NCBI GenBank assembly: GCA_964187785.1
Contig: OZ076409.1
Coordinates: 49,602,001 to 49,666,000 of the forward strand
DNA: 64,000 nt
DNA from: Amphiscolops sp. MND2022
Taxonomy: Eukaryota
Direction of reading: 5' to 3'
This document shows, one piece after another, positions 33,693-44,707 of the stretch. Position numbers and translations under genes: made by a program. Below the pieces are notes generated by a model, which was given only the letters and a program-made list of their open reading frames with translations, made no database searches and was not told the origin of the DNA. Position 1 is the first letter of the stretch; every line of letters begins with the position of its first letter.

Positions 33693-36600
33693 TTATTTGA
33701 CGTCCTCGTTCGTTTTCCAATGTGATTGTGTGACTCGACTCTGCCACGATGCTGCCATGTCTTTTCTTGAATTGTCCTTCAAGTTTCGTGTTTTTGTTTT
33801 GTCCCGCAAGAAAATGGTTGAGTCGTCATCTTTGGGGAAATCTTCTGGTGTGAGTTGCAGCGCGTTTTCTGTTTCTAAACATGTTTTTGGTCTTTCAGTT
33901 ATTATCTCCTTTATGGTATTTTGTTTTCTGCCGAATACTAATTCGAATGGGCTATTCTTATTGGCCGCTGCAGTCGTTCTGAGAGCGAATAGTAATCGAG
34001 CTAAGCCTGCGTTTCCTTGTTCGGTAACGATTGTTTTATCTGCTCTTAATTTTTCATTAAGGGTTCTAATTAGGCGTTCAATCTTTCCGTTTCCGCGATG
34101 GTCACGGACGGGGCATTCATTGTGTTTGATAAAGTGTTCATTGCAAAATTGTTTAAACGTCCCGCCGCGGAATATGGTTGCTGGGTCGGTTCTTATTCTT
34201 TTTGGAATACCGAATTGAGCTATATGTGCGTTTAAAAAATTCACTACCGTTTCTGCCGTTGGTTTTCTTACGAAGGCGGCGTTTGGCCAGTTGGTTTTGT
34301 GATCAACTGTTACTAATAAGTATTTCTTTGCCTTAGGGGCTATTTTGAAAGGCCCTGCGAAATCTATAGCTATTTCGTCGTTATGCGTGTCCGCCGCTGG
34401 TAGTTTTCCGTATTCCGATTGTTTTTGTACTGTTTTTAAATTTTTACCTGCTTTCTGGCATTGGCTGCACGACTGCGCCAGGAGCACGATTTCGCGGTGG
34501 ATCCGCGGCCACCATATGTCGGCTACTGCTGTAAGCATTGTGTCCCTTCCCGGGTGTCCCCAGTGTAAGCTCCTGAATATTGGCCGTCGTAGTTCCTCCG
34601 GTATGACTAGGCGTTCATCGATGTAGATGAAGTTGTTCTCGTCGAGGCGCAGTTCGTTATATCGTTGTTGCCAGTTTTTTGGGAGCTTATTGAACTTTTT
34701 CTGATCGAAGTTTTGTAATAATGCAATAATTGACTGAAGGAAGGAGTCGCAATCGTAAGTTGCTGCCAGCATGTTTTCTCCAATGCGATGGATGCTTGAT
34801 TTGAGTGGTGTAATTGAATTTTTGTCAACTAGGGCTAATATTATTGGTCGTTTGACGGGCGGTTTGATTGCGAGTTCATGCAATTTTCGCGTTTCACTTG
34901 CGTCTTGCTTGCGTGCCATTTCTAATTGCTGTTCGATAAATACGTCTCTGATTGTTTGTTTAATTGTTCGCGGCGGCGTAGTGTCGTTCGCACCTTCGCT
35001 TGTTTCTTTCTCGCTTGCGTCATTCTCGCTTTTGATTGGTTGTCGGCCGCCGCGGCTTGGCTTCTCATTCGCCAGTATTGAATTCTTTATCTCTGAAACA
35101 ATATTACCAGTGAAGCATTCATCCCATAATGTGCTTGGTTTTATTGAATTTCCAATTAATGGTGACGGATTTCGAGATAAATAATCGGCAATGCCTAATG
35201 TTCTTCCTGGTCCGTGTATTACCTCAAAATCGTACGGTAAAAGTCGATCTAACCACCGTGTTAATCTACTAGAGTATGTTTTGTTGGCCTTTTGGCCCTT
35301 TAAAACTGTTGCTAACGCTTTGTGATCGGAAATTATTTTAAATGGGACTCCGTAAACGTAGCTCCTGAAGTATTCTATTGACCATACTATTGCCAATAGC
35401 TCTAGCTCGTTTATCGAGTATTTTGATTCAAGTTCTGTGAGAAACCTCGATGCGAATGAGATCGGTTTCCATGTACCTTCTTCTTCTTGTTGAAGTACTT
35501 CTCCGAGTCCTGATTTACTGGCATCACGAATTATGCGGAGGGGGAATTTTCTTTTGAAGTGATTTAGTGTTGTTGCTTTCTTTATTGCTTCGTTGACTGT
35601 TACGAATGCGTTTTCTTGTTCTTCTTTCCAATTCCACTCATTGCACTTTTTTAACAATGTTCTGAACGGAAAACACAATTTTGCCAGGTCGGGGATGAAT
35701 TTATTAAATTGATTCACGGCCCCTAAAAAGGACCTGAGTTGTTTTAAATTGGTAGGTCGAAGGCGTTCTGAAATTCCTTGTACCTTACTGTATATGGGTG
35801 CCACTCCTTGTTGTGATAAGTTGTACCCGACCCATTCGATGTTCTTCGCCGCGAAGGTGCATTTATCCAATCTTAGGTTAATGTTCGCGTTGTCCAATCT
35901 TTTCAAAACTTCTTTTACCTTTGTGATGTGCTCTTCCTCGGTCCCGTGTGTGACAATTAAATTATCGTCAATGAATGCGAACGTATTGGTTATACCTGCT
36001 AGTGTTAGATCCATGATTCTTTGAAATTCTGTTGGCATCGTGGTGAGACCATAGAACCCTGTTACGAATCTGTAGATTCCGGTCGCCTTGCCCCCGATGA
36101 TTTGGAAGTTGCAGTGCCTTGACGTCTCTTCGCTCAATTGCACTTGTCGATACGCGTACGTCATGTCTAGTGTAGTGAAGAATGTTTCTCCTGGGCCTTG
36201 TTCCACGTGTTCTGCAATCATATCCATGATGTTATCTAAATTTGGCATGGGGTATTCATCTTTTACGACAATTTTGTTTAACTCTCTTGCATCCAGTGCG
36301 ATCTTTACACTGCGGTCTTTCTTAACGGTTATTCCCGTAGGCTGTAGGAAACCGTCTTCCTTTATTTCTTGCACTTTCACGATGTGGCCTTTTTGTATTA
36401 ACCGGTTTACCTCTTTGTTGACTGCATCTTGTAGTTGTATGGGTACGCGGCGGCCCTTCTGTTTTCTCACCACCGTGTCTTTGTGGAGTCTAGCATGTAT
36501 TTTATGTTGTTTTACTTTGCCTCTTCGTTCAAAGAGGTCTGGAAATTCGAGCTTTATTTCTTTGGTCCATTTAATTTCTGTTTCTTCAGTTATGTTATTT

Positions 36601-36980
36601 ACAAGGTTATTTGAATTGCACTTACCCCCCTTTTTTGGTTCTATTGCGTAATGTAAGTAGTTCAGCCAGTCTCTGCCGATAATGGATTTCGCACCTGGTC
36701 TCGCTACCAGTATCCTTGCTTTGCGGATGTATTTTCCGCCCACTTCCAGTTCACAAAATATGTACCCCAGTAAATTGACGGGCTTTCTGTTGTAATCTAC
36801 ATATTTTTCATCGGGCGGTAATGGCCGGACGAACAGTGTCTCGTATTGTAGAATCTTTTGTAGTTCTTCGTAATTTATTATCGTTACTGGGGAACCTGAG
36901 TCTATCATTAGGCAAAATTTCTTCCTGTTTATCTTGCCTTTGATCATGAACGGGGTTGATCCGTTGCCATCGATGTCCAA
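33693..36980 (-). CDS. pol: Pol polyprotein (protease-RT-RNase H-integrase), probably defective
   Basis: IDSGS protease; FIDD RT; DAS..GLG and YSINELELLA RNase H; HHCC and D-D-E integrase (IAIDF, IRTD, KIER); C-terminus frameshifted into ORFs 33436-33747 and 33099-33371. Confidence 0.93.
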   Translation of the reverse strand: MDIDGNGSTPFMIKGKINRKKFCLMIDSGSPVTIINYEELQKILQYETLFVRPLPPDEKYVDYNRKPVNLLGYIFCELEVGGKYIRKARILVARPGAKSIIGRDWLNYLHYAIEPKKGGKCNSNNLVNNITEETEIKWTKEIKLEFPDLFERRGKVKQHKIHARLHKDTVVRKQKGRRVPIQLQDAVNKEVNRLIQKGHIVKVQEIKEDGFLQPTGITVKKDRSVKIALDARELNKIVVKDEYPMPNLDNIMDMIAEHVEQGPGETFFTTLDMTYAYRQVQLSEETSRHCNFQIIGGKATGIYRFVTGFYGLTTMPTEFQRIMDLTLAGITNTFAFIDDNLIVTHGTEEEHITKVKEVLKRLDNANINLRLDKCTFAAKNIEWVGYNLSQQGVAPIYSKVQGISERLRPTNLKQLRSFLGAVNQFNKFIPDLAKLCFPFRTLLKKCNEWNWKEEQENAFVTVNEAIKKATTLNHFKRKFPLRIIRDASKSGLGEVLQQEEEGTWKPISFASRFLTELESKYSINELELLAIVWSIEYFRSYVYGVPFKIISDHKALATVLKGQKANKTYSSRLTRWLDRLLPYDFEVIHGPGRTLGIADYLSRNPSPLIGNSIKPSTLWDECFTGNIVSEIKNSILANEKPSRGGRQPIKSENDASEKETSEGANDTTPPRTIKQTIRDVFIEQQLEMARKQDASETRKLHELAIKPPVKRPIILALVDKNSITPLKSSIHRIGENMLAATYDCDSFLQSIIALLQNFDQKKFNKLPKNWQQRYNELRLDENNFIYIDERLVIPEELRRPIFRSLHWGHPGRDTMLTAVADIWWPRIHREIVLLAQSCSQCQKAGKNLKTVQKQSEYGKLPAADTHNDEIAIDFAGPFKIAPKAKKYLLVTVDHKTNWPNAAFVRKPTAETVVNFLNAHIAQFGIPKRIRTDPATIFRGGTFKQFCNEHFIKHNECPVRDHRGNGKIERLIRTLNEKLRADKTIVTEQGNAGLARLLFALRTTAAANKNSPFELVFGRKQNTIKEIITERPKTCLETENALQLTPEDFPKDDDSTIFLRDKTKTRNLKDNSRKDMAASWQSRVTQSHWKTNEDVK

Positions 36981-36989
36981 GACATATTG

Positions 36990-37925
36990 TTACTCATCTT
37001 CTTTATCTTCATCGTCTTCTTGTTCTTCTACCCAGTTGACCCGCCGCGGCGGTTGTTTCTGCGTGTTCTGCTGTTTTGGCGCCCTCCTGCACACTCTGCC
37101 GAAATGACCCGTGACTCCACACTTAGTGCATTGTTTACCTTTCGCGGGGCACACCTTTAGGTGTTCCATTGAAAAGTTTTCTTTTCCACATCGTAAACAA
37201 CCTTTCTTCTTACCTGTCACTGTGCATATCGGCTCACTTTTTATTGTGACTTTGTTTTCGCCGTATGATTTCTGGCGTAGGGTGCCCTCTTCATACGCTA
37301 TTGCGAATTCCAATGCGTCCTTTGGGGTTGTTTTTGGTTCTGTACACAGCTTTTCCTGGACTGCCAAGTTTTTCATATTCAGGATGAAAATATCGTGAAC
37401 CAGACTCTCTGTTTGTGCCCCGAAGTCGCATTCTGATGCTAGTCCCTTTAAGGAGTGCCAAAACTGCTCCAGTGTTTCTGAAGCCATTTGCTTTCTTGAG
37501 AGGAATCTAAATCTGTCTAGTGTCCTGTTTCTCTTCGTGTCGAAGGTATCTTTGCAGTTCTTTAGCAGAGCTTCTAGTGTGATCTCTGCAATCTTTGCTG
37601 ATGGATATTTGTCGGAAAATGTTTTGCGTGCTGCTGTCCCCAGTGATAGGAATAACACGCTGACGCATTTTCTTTCGGCTACTGATTTACCCAGATTGTT
37701 CAGTAGTGCTTTGTTTCTGTCATTCTCGTTGGCAACTGTTCTCAGTACTTCTGCAATGGAAATTGAATATTTTGCCGTCATCGCCACGGCGAACAGATCA
37801 CACCACTTCTTCCACTCGATGTTTGGTTTTCTCTGAGGATCGTTCCAGTATGGGGCCAGGCCTGCTATTGCTGCGCTCCCATCTTTTTGCTTCCCGTCTT
37901 CAGGATCAATATTTCGCAGCGCCAT
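36990..37925 (-). CDS. gag: Gag with two zinc knuckles
   Basis: CLRCGKENFSMEHLKVC and CTKCGVTGHFGRVC; same frame as pol, separated by one TAA. Confidence 0.92.
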   Translation of the reverse strand: MALRNIDPEDGKQKDGSAAIAGLAPYWNDPQRKPNIEWKKWCDLFAVAMTAKYSISIAEVLRTVANENDRNKALLNNLGKSVAERKCVSVLFLSLGTAARKTFSDKYPSAKIAEITLEALLKNCKDTFDTKRNRTLDRFRFLSRKQMASETLEQFWHSLKGLASECDFGAQTESLVHDIFILNMKNLAVQEKLCTEPKTTPKDALEFAIAYEEGTLRQKSYGENKVTIKSEPICTVTGKKKGCLRCGKENFSMEHLKVCPAKGKQCTKCGVTGHFGRVCRRAPKQQNTQKQPPRRVNWVEEQEDDEDKEDE

Positions 37926-39299
37926 GTTATAGCGAAAAGGAATTTGCTAACGAATAATGTATTGCAACGAACTGTATTGTTTAAAGGCAACTCTCTGCAA
38001 ATGTTTGACCTTAGCGTCGCTTCGACGAAGCTTGCTGACAGGTACTTTAAAGTTATGTTTATGTATGTTTACAGTTGTTATTTGAATTAAAGTGTTAGCA
38101 TCAATTTCTGTTTTCAAGTCAAGGCTGTAGCCTCGGTCACAGATTGTCATTATGACTTAGTGGATTGGCCCGAGATAGGAAAGCAGCTGTGTCAAATGAC
38201 TCAAGGAAAAATTATTTTGGCTCCTTCTGCGTTCATTCCAAAGTTTCCCCAAAACCGTGTTAGATCTTAAGCGTTAGAGTCTAGGCCGTTACACCCGAAA
38301 TTAGGTTAATTAATTTTTGGATTTGGCAAGACATTAATAGTTTTTTATAATTTTCAAATTTGATCGAAATTAATTTTGAGCACACCTGATCCCGAGCGTA
38401 TCACTGAATTTTTCAATCTTTGGCATTTGATTCTATTTTTTAGATCTCAAACAGCAGAAAAATTGTTGACTGCGCTTTCTAATTGATTGAACTCACCTCT
38501 TTATTCTGAACTACAGTTGGAATTCTGTGATTACCGATTAACTGGATATCAGGGGTGTGCATGCAGTAATTTATCTTGTTGATTGCGAGTGAAACTATCA
38601 ACCAGTAATTTATAGGTTGGAAATTCCTTTCCAGTGACGTATTGAATACATTCAATAATTGCTTCAGTCGAGTTCAAACTCGAAAGAAAATCAATCCTGA
38701 TTGAATATCTCCAACATCGAATATTGTCTAGCAATACTGGAACGCCGAAATGTGCAATATTTTGTGAATGTTACAGAGGCGAAGCCGAGCTTCGCAAACA
38801 CTTGAATTTGCGAAATTTCGAACCAATTAAGCAATACCATACGGAGAACCAAGGGCTAAGGAGTCGGACAATTTTTTTACTACGTGATCAGTTTGAAACA
38901 AACAGTGAATGGCCCAAGTCGGCGCCCCTTCCAAGGTTCAAGTTTTTTAAATATGCAAAAGGACAATATTGTTAAAATTTCACCAATTTTACGGCGCCAA
39001 AAATACCCGAAAGGATGCGCACAAGACTCGAAAACCATTTTCCCCAATTGAAAACAGCAAAAAACCCATATTCTCAACCGAAAACCTTTCAAAAAATGAA
39101 AAAATAGAGGAAAAATTTTATTCGAAACTTTTCGAAAAAAAAACTTTGATGCAGGTCTCCGGTAAGTCACATAGTGCTCCGGGGGGAGTCTCATAGTGCT
39201 GAAAAAGGGAAACCTTCTGCTTCGGAATGCTTGTAAAAAAACCAGAGCCGCATATGCGGTAAAGGAGTCGGCTTAAGTCTTTTTCCTTCTGACTCGCTT

Positions 39300-39850
39300 T
39301 CGTTCGAATCGTATGAACAGTTTGTGAGAAAATCGAAAAATGACTTTTTTTGGCCATTTTTGGGCTAAATTTGGCTATGTTTCTCACATCCCAGCCATAC
39401 GAATTCAATGAAATTGCACATAAAGGACCATAATATGGCGTAGAATGACTGTAGAAAATTTCGTTCGAATCGTATGGACAGTTTTTGAGAAAATCGAAAA
39501 AAAATCGAAAAATGACTTTTTTGGCAATTTTTGGGCTAATTTTCTCATTAATGTTTCTCACATCCCAGCCATACGATTTTGATGCCATTGCACATATAGG
39601 ACTCTAATATGGTGTAGAATAACTGTAGAAAATTTCGTTCGAATCGTATGGACAGTTTTTGAGAAAATCGAAAAAAGTCGAAAAATGGCTGCTTTTTGGC
39701 CATTTTTGGGCTAATTTTGGCTATGTTTCCCACATCCCAGCCATACGATTTTGATGCCTTTGCACACGCAGGGGCCCCTTTGGGTGTAGAATGACTGTGC
39801 AAAATTTCGTGAAAATCGTATGGACAGTTTTTGAGAAATTTGAAATTTTC
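39300..39850. repeat. ~170-bp tandem units (CCCAGCCATACGATTTTGATGCC...CGTATGGACAGTTTTTGAGAAAATCG), ~3.5 copies; degenerate copies at ~40780-41030 and 43780-43980
   Basis: Directly visible. Confidence 0.85.
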
Positions 39851-39924
39851 ATGAAAAGGTCGGGAGAAAAAAAACAGCACGATTGCATAAGTAGTCGAAA
39901 ATTTTTTCCGACTCCTAATTACCA

Positions 39925-39996
39925 CATACGCACCTGTTCGAACATGGAACCTTTGGGCTGAAAAGCAAGCATCTTACCACTAGACCACGAACGCCT
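39925..39996 (-). ncRNA. tRNA-derived sequence (SINE head or tRNA pseudogene)
   Basis: Minus strand GCGTTCGTGGTCTAGTGGTAAG (A box) ... ATGTTCGAAC (B box-like); no complete cloverleaf. Confidence 0.5.
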
Positions 39997-40099
39997 GAAC
40001 TGTGAGAGTTACGGGCTGAAACGAGAGTTGTCGCGCGGAAAAAAGCACCCGCACTTTCCCATAACACTTGCTTCATCGCAAGTGTAAAAAAGTCGCGTA

Positions 40100-40740
40100 G
40101 AAAAAACGCCGGTCATCGACAGTGCAGTTTTCGTTAGAGAAACGGGATGTAGAGCTCTTGTCGATTTCCAGAAGTGTTCCGGTTTTTGATTTATCAACTC
40201 CAATTCTCCACTCAGTGATGACCGGCGAAGAGCTAAACAATTCGTGTAAAATAGTTGAAGGATGATGCAAAAAGCCTTTTTGCATCATCCTTCAACTATT
40301 TTACACGAATCGTTTAGCTCTTTAGCCACATCATCGCAACCGAATCCTTGGATGATAATCGCAATATCATCTGCAAACTTGAACTGAACTTTTTCAGTGT
40401 GCAAAAAGTTAGTTGAAAAATGATAAACAGCAGTGAAGATGATACGTTCCCTTGAGGAATTCCGATGTTTAGTCTGAACACCGAGGATGATGATCAAGAA
40501 TCCGATGAAGGCTACACGACGTCTAAGAAATGATGGGAGGATGCCGACCATTTTACCATGAATATTTTTTGCAGTTTGAGCAGAAGCCCAACAATCCACA
40601 CGCTGTCAAATGCTTTTTCTAGATCGATGTTCAACAGCGCCGCTGCCGTCTTGTCCAACTTGGCGCTTTCCATGTGAAACCGAAGGTGAAACCAATAAAG
40701 TGATCTGGTGGTGTTCCGATTTTGTCTGAAGGTGCGGTGA
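40100..40740 (-). pseudogene. Decayed LINE reverse-transcriptase fragment
   Basis: AALLNIDLEKAFDSVW, FKFADDIAI and WRIGVDKSKT motifs in shifting frames. Confidence 0.8.
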
Positions 40741-41033
40741 AGGAGGGGGAAAATTACTTTACAAGAAAATTTTTGACATACTTTGGCTATGTTTCTCATA
40801 TCCCAGTCCTACAATTTTGATGTTATTGCACACATAGGACCCCATTACTGTGTAAAACGACTGTAAAAAATGGTCGAACCATTTCAACAGTTTTTGCGAC
40901 AATCGAAATTATCGAAAAATGGTAGTTTTTTGGGTTATTTTTCGACTAAATTTACCTGTTTCTGAGAGCCCTGTCTTACAATTTTGATTTCATTGCACAC
41001 GCAAGACCCTAATTAGGTCTATGAAGATTGTAA

Positions 41034-43690
41034 ATGTTTCTTTCACATCAAATCAACTGGCGATTCATAAAACAAACTGTCTTGACCGAATCTTTTCATA
41101 TTTTGTGTATTTGCGAAACATGGTTGACAAAGTTCAAAATTCTATCTTGGACATGGAATATAATGAAATTGACAGAGCAGTCTGGTCTCTTGAAACCAAT
41201 ATCAGCCCACATGGCGGCTTGTTGATTGCCGAGAAAAAAATGTTCAGTCTCTCAGAAATTCGAAACCACTGTCAACGACTGCTGCACAGCCTGCAATATA
41301 CAATACGATGAAAGTGAAATATTTGCGTTTTTTACAAACCTTCTGAGAACAGTAGGTAAACAGGACACGTTTTTTAAGCTTTTGTCAACAACTTTCCCAA
41401 GTCAAAACACATCCCATATGCGGCCATGTAAACTTCCCCAGGTACTCCTGACTAAGTGTGGTCCCTATAAAACTTATGCAGCCGGCCTGAAAAGTCCTGA
41501 CTAAGTGTGGTCCCTAGAAGAGGTTAGCATATTTGTTGTATGGCTCGGTCGCTTCGCTCCCTTCGCCAAGTAGCAACATTGAGGCATGGCCACATGGCAC
41601 GTCGCTCCGCTTCGCTTCGCTCCTGCATTTAGGGCACTAGGGGTATGTGAACATAGCTGACGACGAAATGTAAAATTTCCGACAAACTATGCAGGGACCA
41701 CACTTATAAAATAGGGACCACACTTAGTAAGGAGAAATCGCTTGGGACCACACTTAGTCAGGAGTACCCTTCCCCAAAACAAACTAAGATGTTCTTCTGA
41801 GTAGCGACGTGTTCGAGAAGGAAATTGTTGACCTCTTCGAAAAAAAAGTTTAAAACAAGCTGTATACTTCAACACCGGTGGAGACAGCCCACTCGACATC
41901 GCGCTCCACCGCAATTGCTTAGTAAATGCAGGACCGGGGAAACACGTGACAAAATGTTACGAGTGCACACACAACGATGCAGTTTCACTTTTGATGTCCG
42001 CACACACGATGCAAATCCGATCAAGAAGAGCTCTCGAAGTTTTGGCAATGCACACTATACCCGAATAACTGAAAAGAAGATAGTCAAGCCTTTTGAAGCA
42101 ACTTGCTACCCAAACATCAACCAAACGAGTGACGAAATGTAACACATTTCGAAAAGATAGTTTTTGTGCTTGAGAGAACCCGTCACTGACAAATTCTTCC
42201 AGCGTGGATTTCAGCACGGACTTCGATTTCGTCAAAAAGTCTCGAGACAAAAAAGGGACATTACCTGAGAAGCCAACCTCATACAGGAAGCAAGACGTGG
42301 AAAATCAGAGAGCAATTGTGACTGAATGCGCGGAAACGATCGACACGCTAATCAACAAAATCTCATGGAACAAAGAGACACACATTCGATTTTCAAACAT
42401 CTCAAAAGCCTGAAGAAGCTTTGTAATTTGCCACAAGTTCCTACCGGGGACGGAATTTTGAGCAGAAACACAGTAAAAATAGTCGATATGTTTGAATACT
42501 ATTTCCATTCGGTTTTCACACAAAAAGAACATTTTAACATCCAAGGCATTGCAACCATGAAGCCACTTTTAACGATTCTCAGTTTCTAGAAAAAGAATCT
42601 CCAGAAAACTCTGGCTACCTTAGATACTCAAAAAGGGCGAGGATCAGAAGAATGTCCACCAATTTTGATTCTATACTTTTGCTGCCATAGCAGAAAAGAA
42701 ATCTTCCATAAAGTTTTCAAGAACGTAAAGCTTCTGCAGAAAAACCCGTATCTGTGGAAAACTGCGGCTGTTTACCTTATTTTCAAGAGAAGAGACAGAC
42801 TTCAAGTAGAAAACTGCCGATTCAACCCCTTCAGACCTGGTCAGCTACTTTTTCGAAAAATGCATTTACCAGTCACTCTTTGACCATTTCACCAACTTCG
42901 TGTGGTTAATACAAGCTCGCAAAGTCTCGATGTTACAAGCGGCGTACCTCAGGGGCCTGTGGTGATACCAGTTATGTTAATAAAACAGATTTGCCGGCTA
43001 CTTTGGAATTCAGTTACCCTTAACTGTTCTGATCTAGATGCAGTTGACAGCTGGCTGACAACATGTTTTTTCTACAAGGTTTTGCTCTCCTTTCGACAAA
43101 AGCGACGAAGGAGTTGATAGATTATCTGAGAGTTAACCCAAGTTGGCATGCCAATACTTCTGCAAGAATGAAAAAAGATAACAGTCTCTTCTATTTGCTC
43201 AATAGAAACATTTTCCGTAAATTTCAAGCCACTTGCAAACTGGGACAGTACAAGTTATTACTATCAAAGGTTTTGATTCATAAATTCTACTGAGCTTCGT
43301 TATCAAGAGATGACATGAAAAGCCAGGAACGAATAGTGCAATACATAACTGGCTCCAGAGTTTCCAGTTTATCGGTCAACTCCACTTGCTCAATCTGCTT
43401 CCTTTACCTAAGTGTCGGCAACTGAACAACATTTTGTTACTCTTTACTTCAGAAAAATGAAAATTTGGATAGACGTACTAAAAATGTCAAACTTTCTACT
43501 ACAAGAACTGAAAGCATACGAAGCGAATTCACTCTGAGACCAGTCACTTGACTCAACAAGCTACAAGAAGCTAGGATTTCTCGGTAACGAAGCGCCTCGA
43601 TGAAAGCATTCTGACACCTACGTGGAGATCCGTTCTTGTAAAACGGATGTCTGCAGCTGGATAATTTTGCGATTGCGGTATTTGCAGAAA
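41034..43690 (+). pseudogene. Decayed LINE ORF2 (APE endonuclease plus RT)
   Basis: ILCICETWLT, HGGLLIA, ICGHVNFP (endonuclease-like); WKTAAV..IFK..D...VENCR and VTSGVPQG (RT); many frameshifts; interrupted by the MITE at 41441. Confidence 0.75.
41441..41768. mobile_element. MITE with perfect 25-bp TIRs carrying the GCTTCGC core
   Basis: GGTACTCCTGACTAAGTGTGGTCCC at both ends; exact 8-bp TSD CTTCCCCA; internal TAAGTGTGGTCC repeats. Confidence 0.92.
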
Positions 43691-44181
43691 GACGAGAAAA
43701 AAATTCTGATTTCAGTTTTGGTTGACAATCCCTTCAACGTGGTTGAAAATTCTCAACAAATAGAACAACAACAACAATGTAGACAGTTCTTGAAATTATT
43801 GAAAATCAAAATTGGGCGTTTTTGGTACCTTTTGGATTAATCTCGGCTATGTTTCTTATATCCCAGTCACACAACTTTGATGTCATTGTGCACACTGGAG
43901 CGCTGTTGGGTGCAAAATGACTGTAAAAGTTTACAAAAATTGTATGAAAAGTTTTTGGGAAACTTGAAGTTTTCCTTGAAACTTTGTTAGAACAAAGGTT
44001 CGAATGCATAGGGAGACAAAAATGAGTTTTGGATTTGATTTTTAAGGATCGCAGTGCTCTGCAATCTTCTGAGGCTTTGTAGTACCGTATTTCTTCGATT
44101 AGAAGTCGCCCCCGGATATAGGTCGCCCCCGATTAGAAGCCGCATTAAGCCTGAAAATTTTAACCTAAAAGCCATTGATTA

Positions 44182-44260
44182 CCGTATTTCTTCAAATACA
44201 GGCCGCGAAATCACTACGGAAAAATCTTACAAGCCGCGGCCTGTATTCGAAGAAATACGG
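44182..44260. mobile_element. Tiny pogo/Tc1-like MITE
   Basis: TA|CCGTATTTCTTC(A/G)AATACAGGCCGCG TIRs with flanking TA; an extra single arm at ~44083. Confidence 0.75.
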
Positions 44261-44707
44261 TAAGTTTGTAAAAAGTAGCTGAGTAAGTTTGTACAAACTT
44301 GTATCTACCAACTTGCTCGGAGTTTTGTTCAAACTTGTTCTAGTGCTAGCAACAAAAATTAAAAATAAAACTGCATGAAGAGAGCATTCAGGAGTACGGC
44401 AAAAAATTCTTGGATCATTTTGGTGGTTCCTGGGTGCTTTCCCATTTGTTCATGGATGGCTTTCAGAAGTTCTGTGATCAGGTGTTCGGGGATTAATATT
44501 TGGTGATGTGTGACTTGTCCACGTTCCCCGTAGTATTTGCGCATTAGGATTCCGTCTTTGACTATTAGCCTATTTTCATGGACTAAGATGCGTTTGGCTT
44601 TCGGGTCTGTTTGTAGATGTTTATCGTATTCTGCATAGATCAATTTTCTCTTGATTGCCTTGAAGACCAAATCGGAGTCTTGTTCAACTCTGATGGGTGC
44701 GTCTTCT

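Larger units (their letters stand above)
32721..38141 (-). mobile_element. Full-length Ty3/gypsy LTR retrotransposon, Mag-like, mutated
   Basis: LTRs 32721-32935 and 37925-38141 (TG...CA; 4 substitutions and one 2-bp indel); TSD GATCG/GATTG; PBS TGGCGCTGCG (tRNA-Ser-like) next to the 5' LTR; PPT GTAGTGGGGGAGA next to the 3' LTR; gag and pol inside. Confidence 0.97.

Noticed and set aside
33114..37957. Plus-strand ORFs overlapping the Mag-like element
   Set aside because: Antisense shadows of gag/pol with no motifs of their own.
39925..39996. Functional tRNA gene
   Set aside because: A and B boxes are present, but the acceptor and T stems do not pair; treated as tRNA-derived only.
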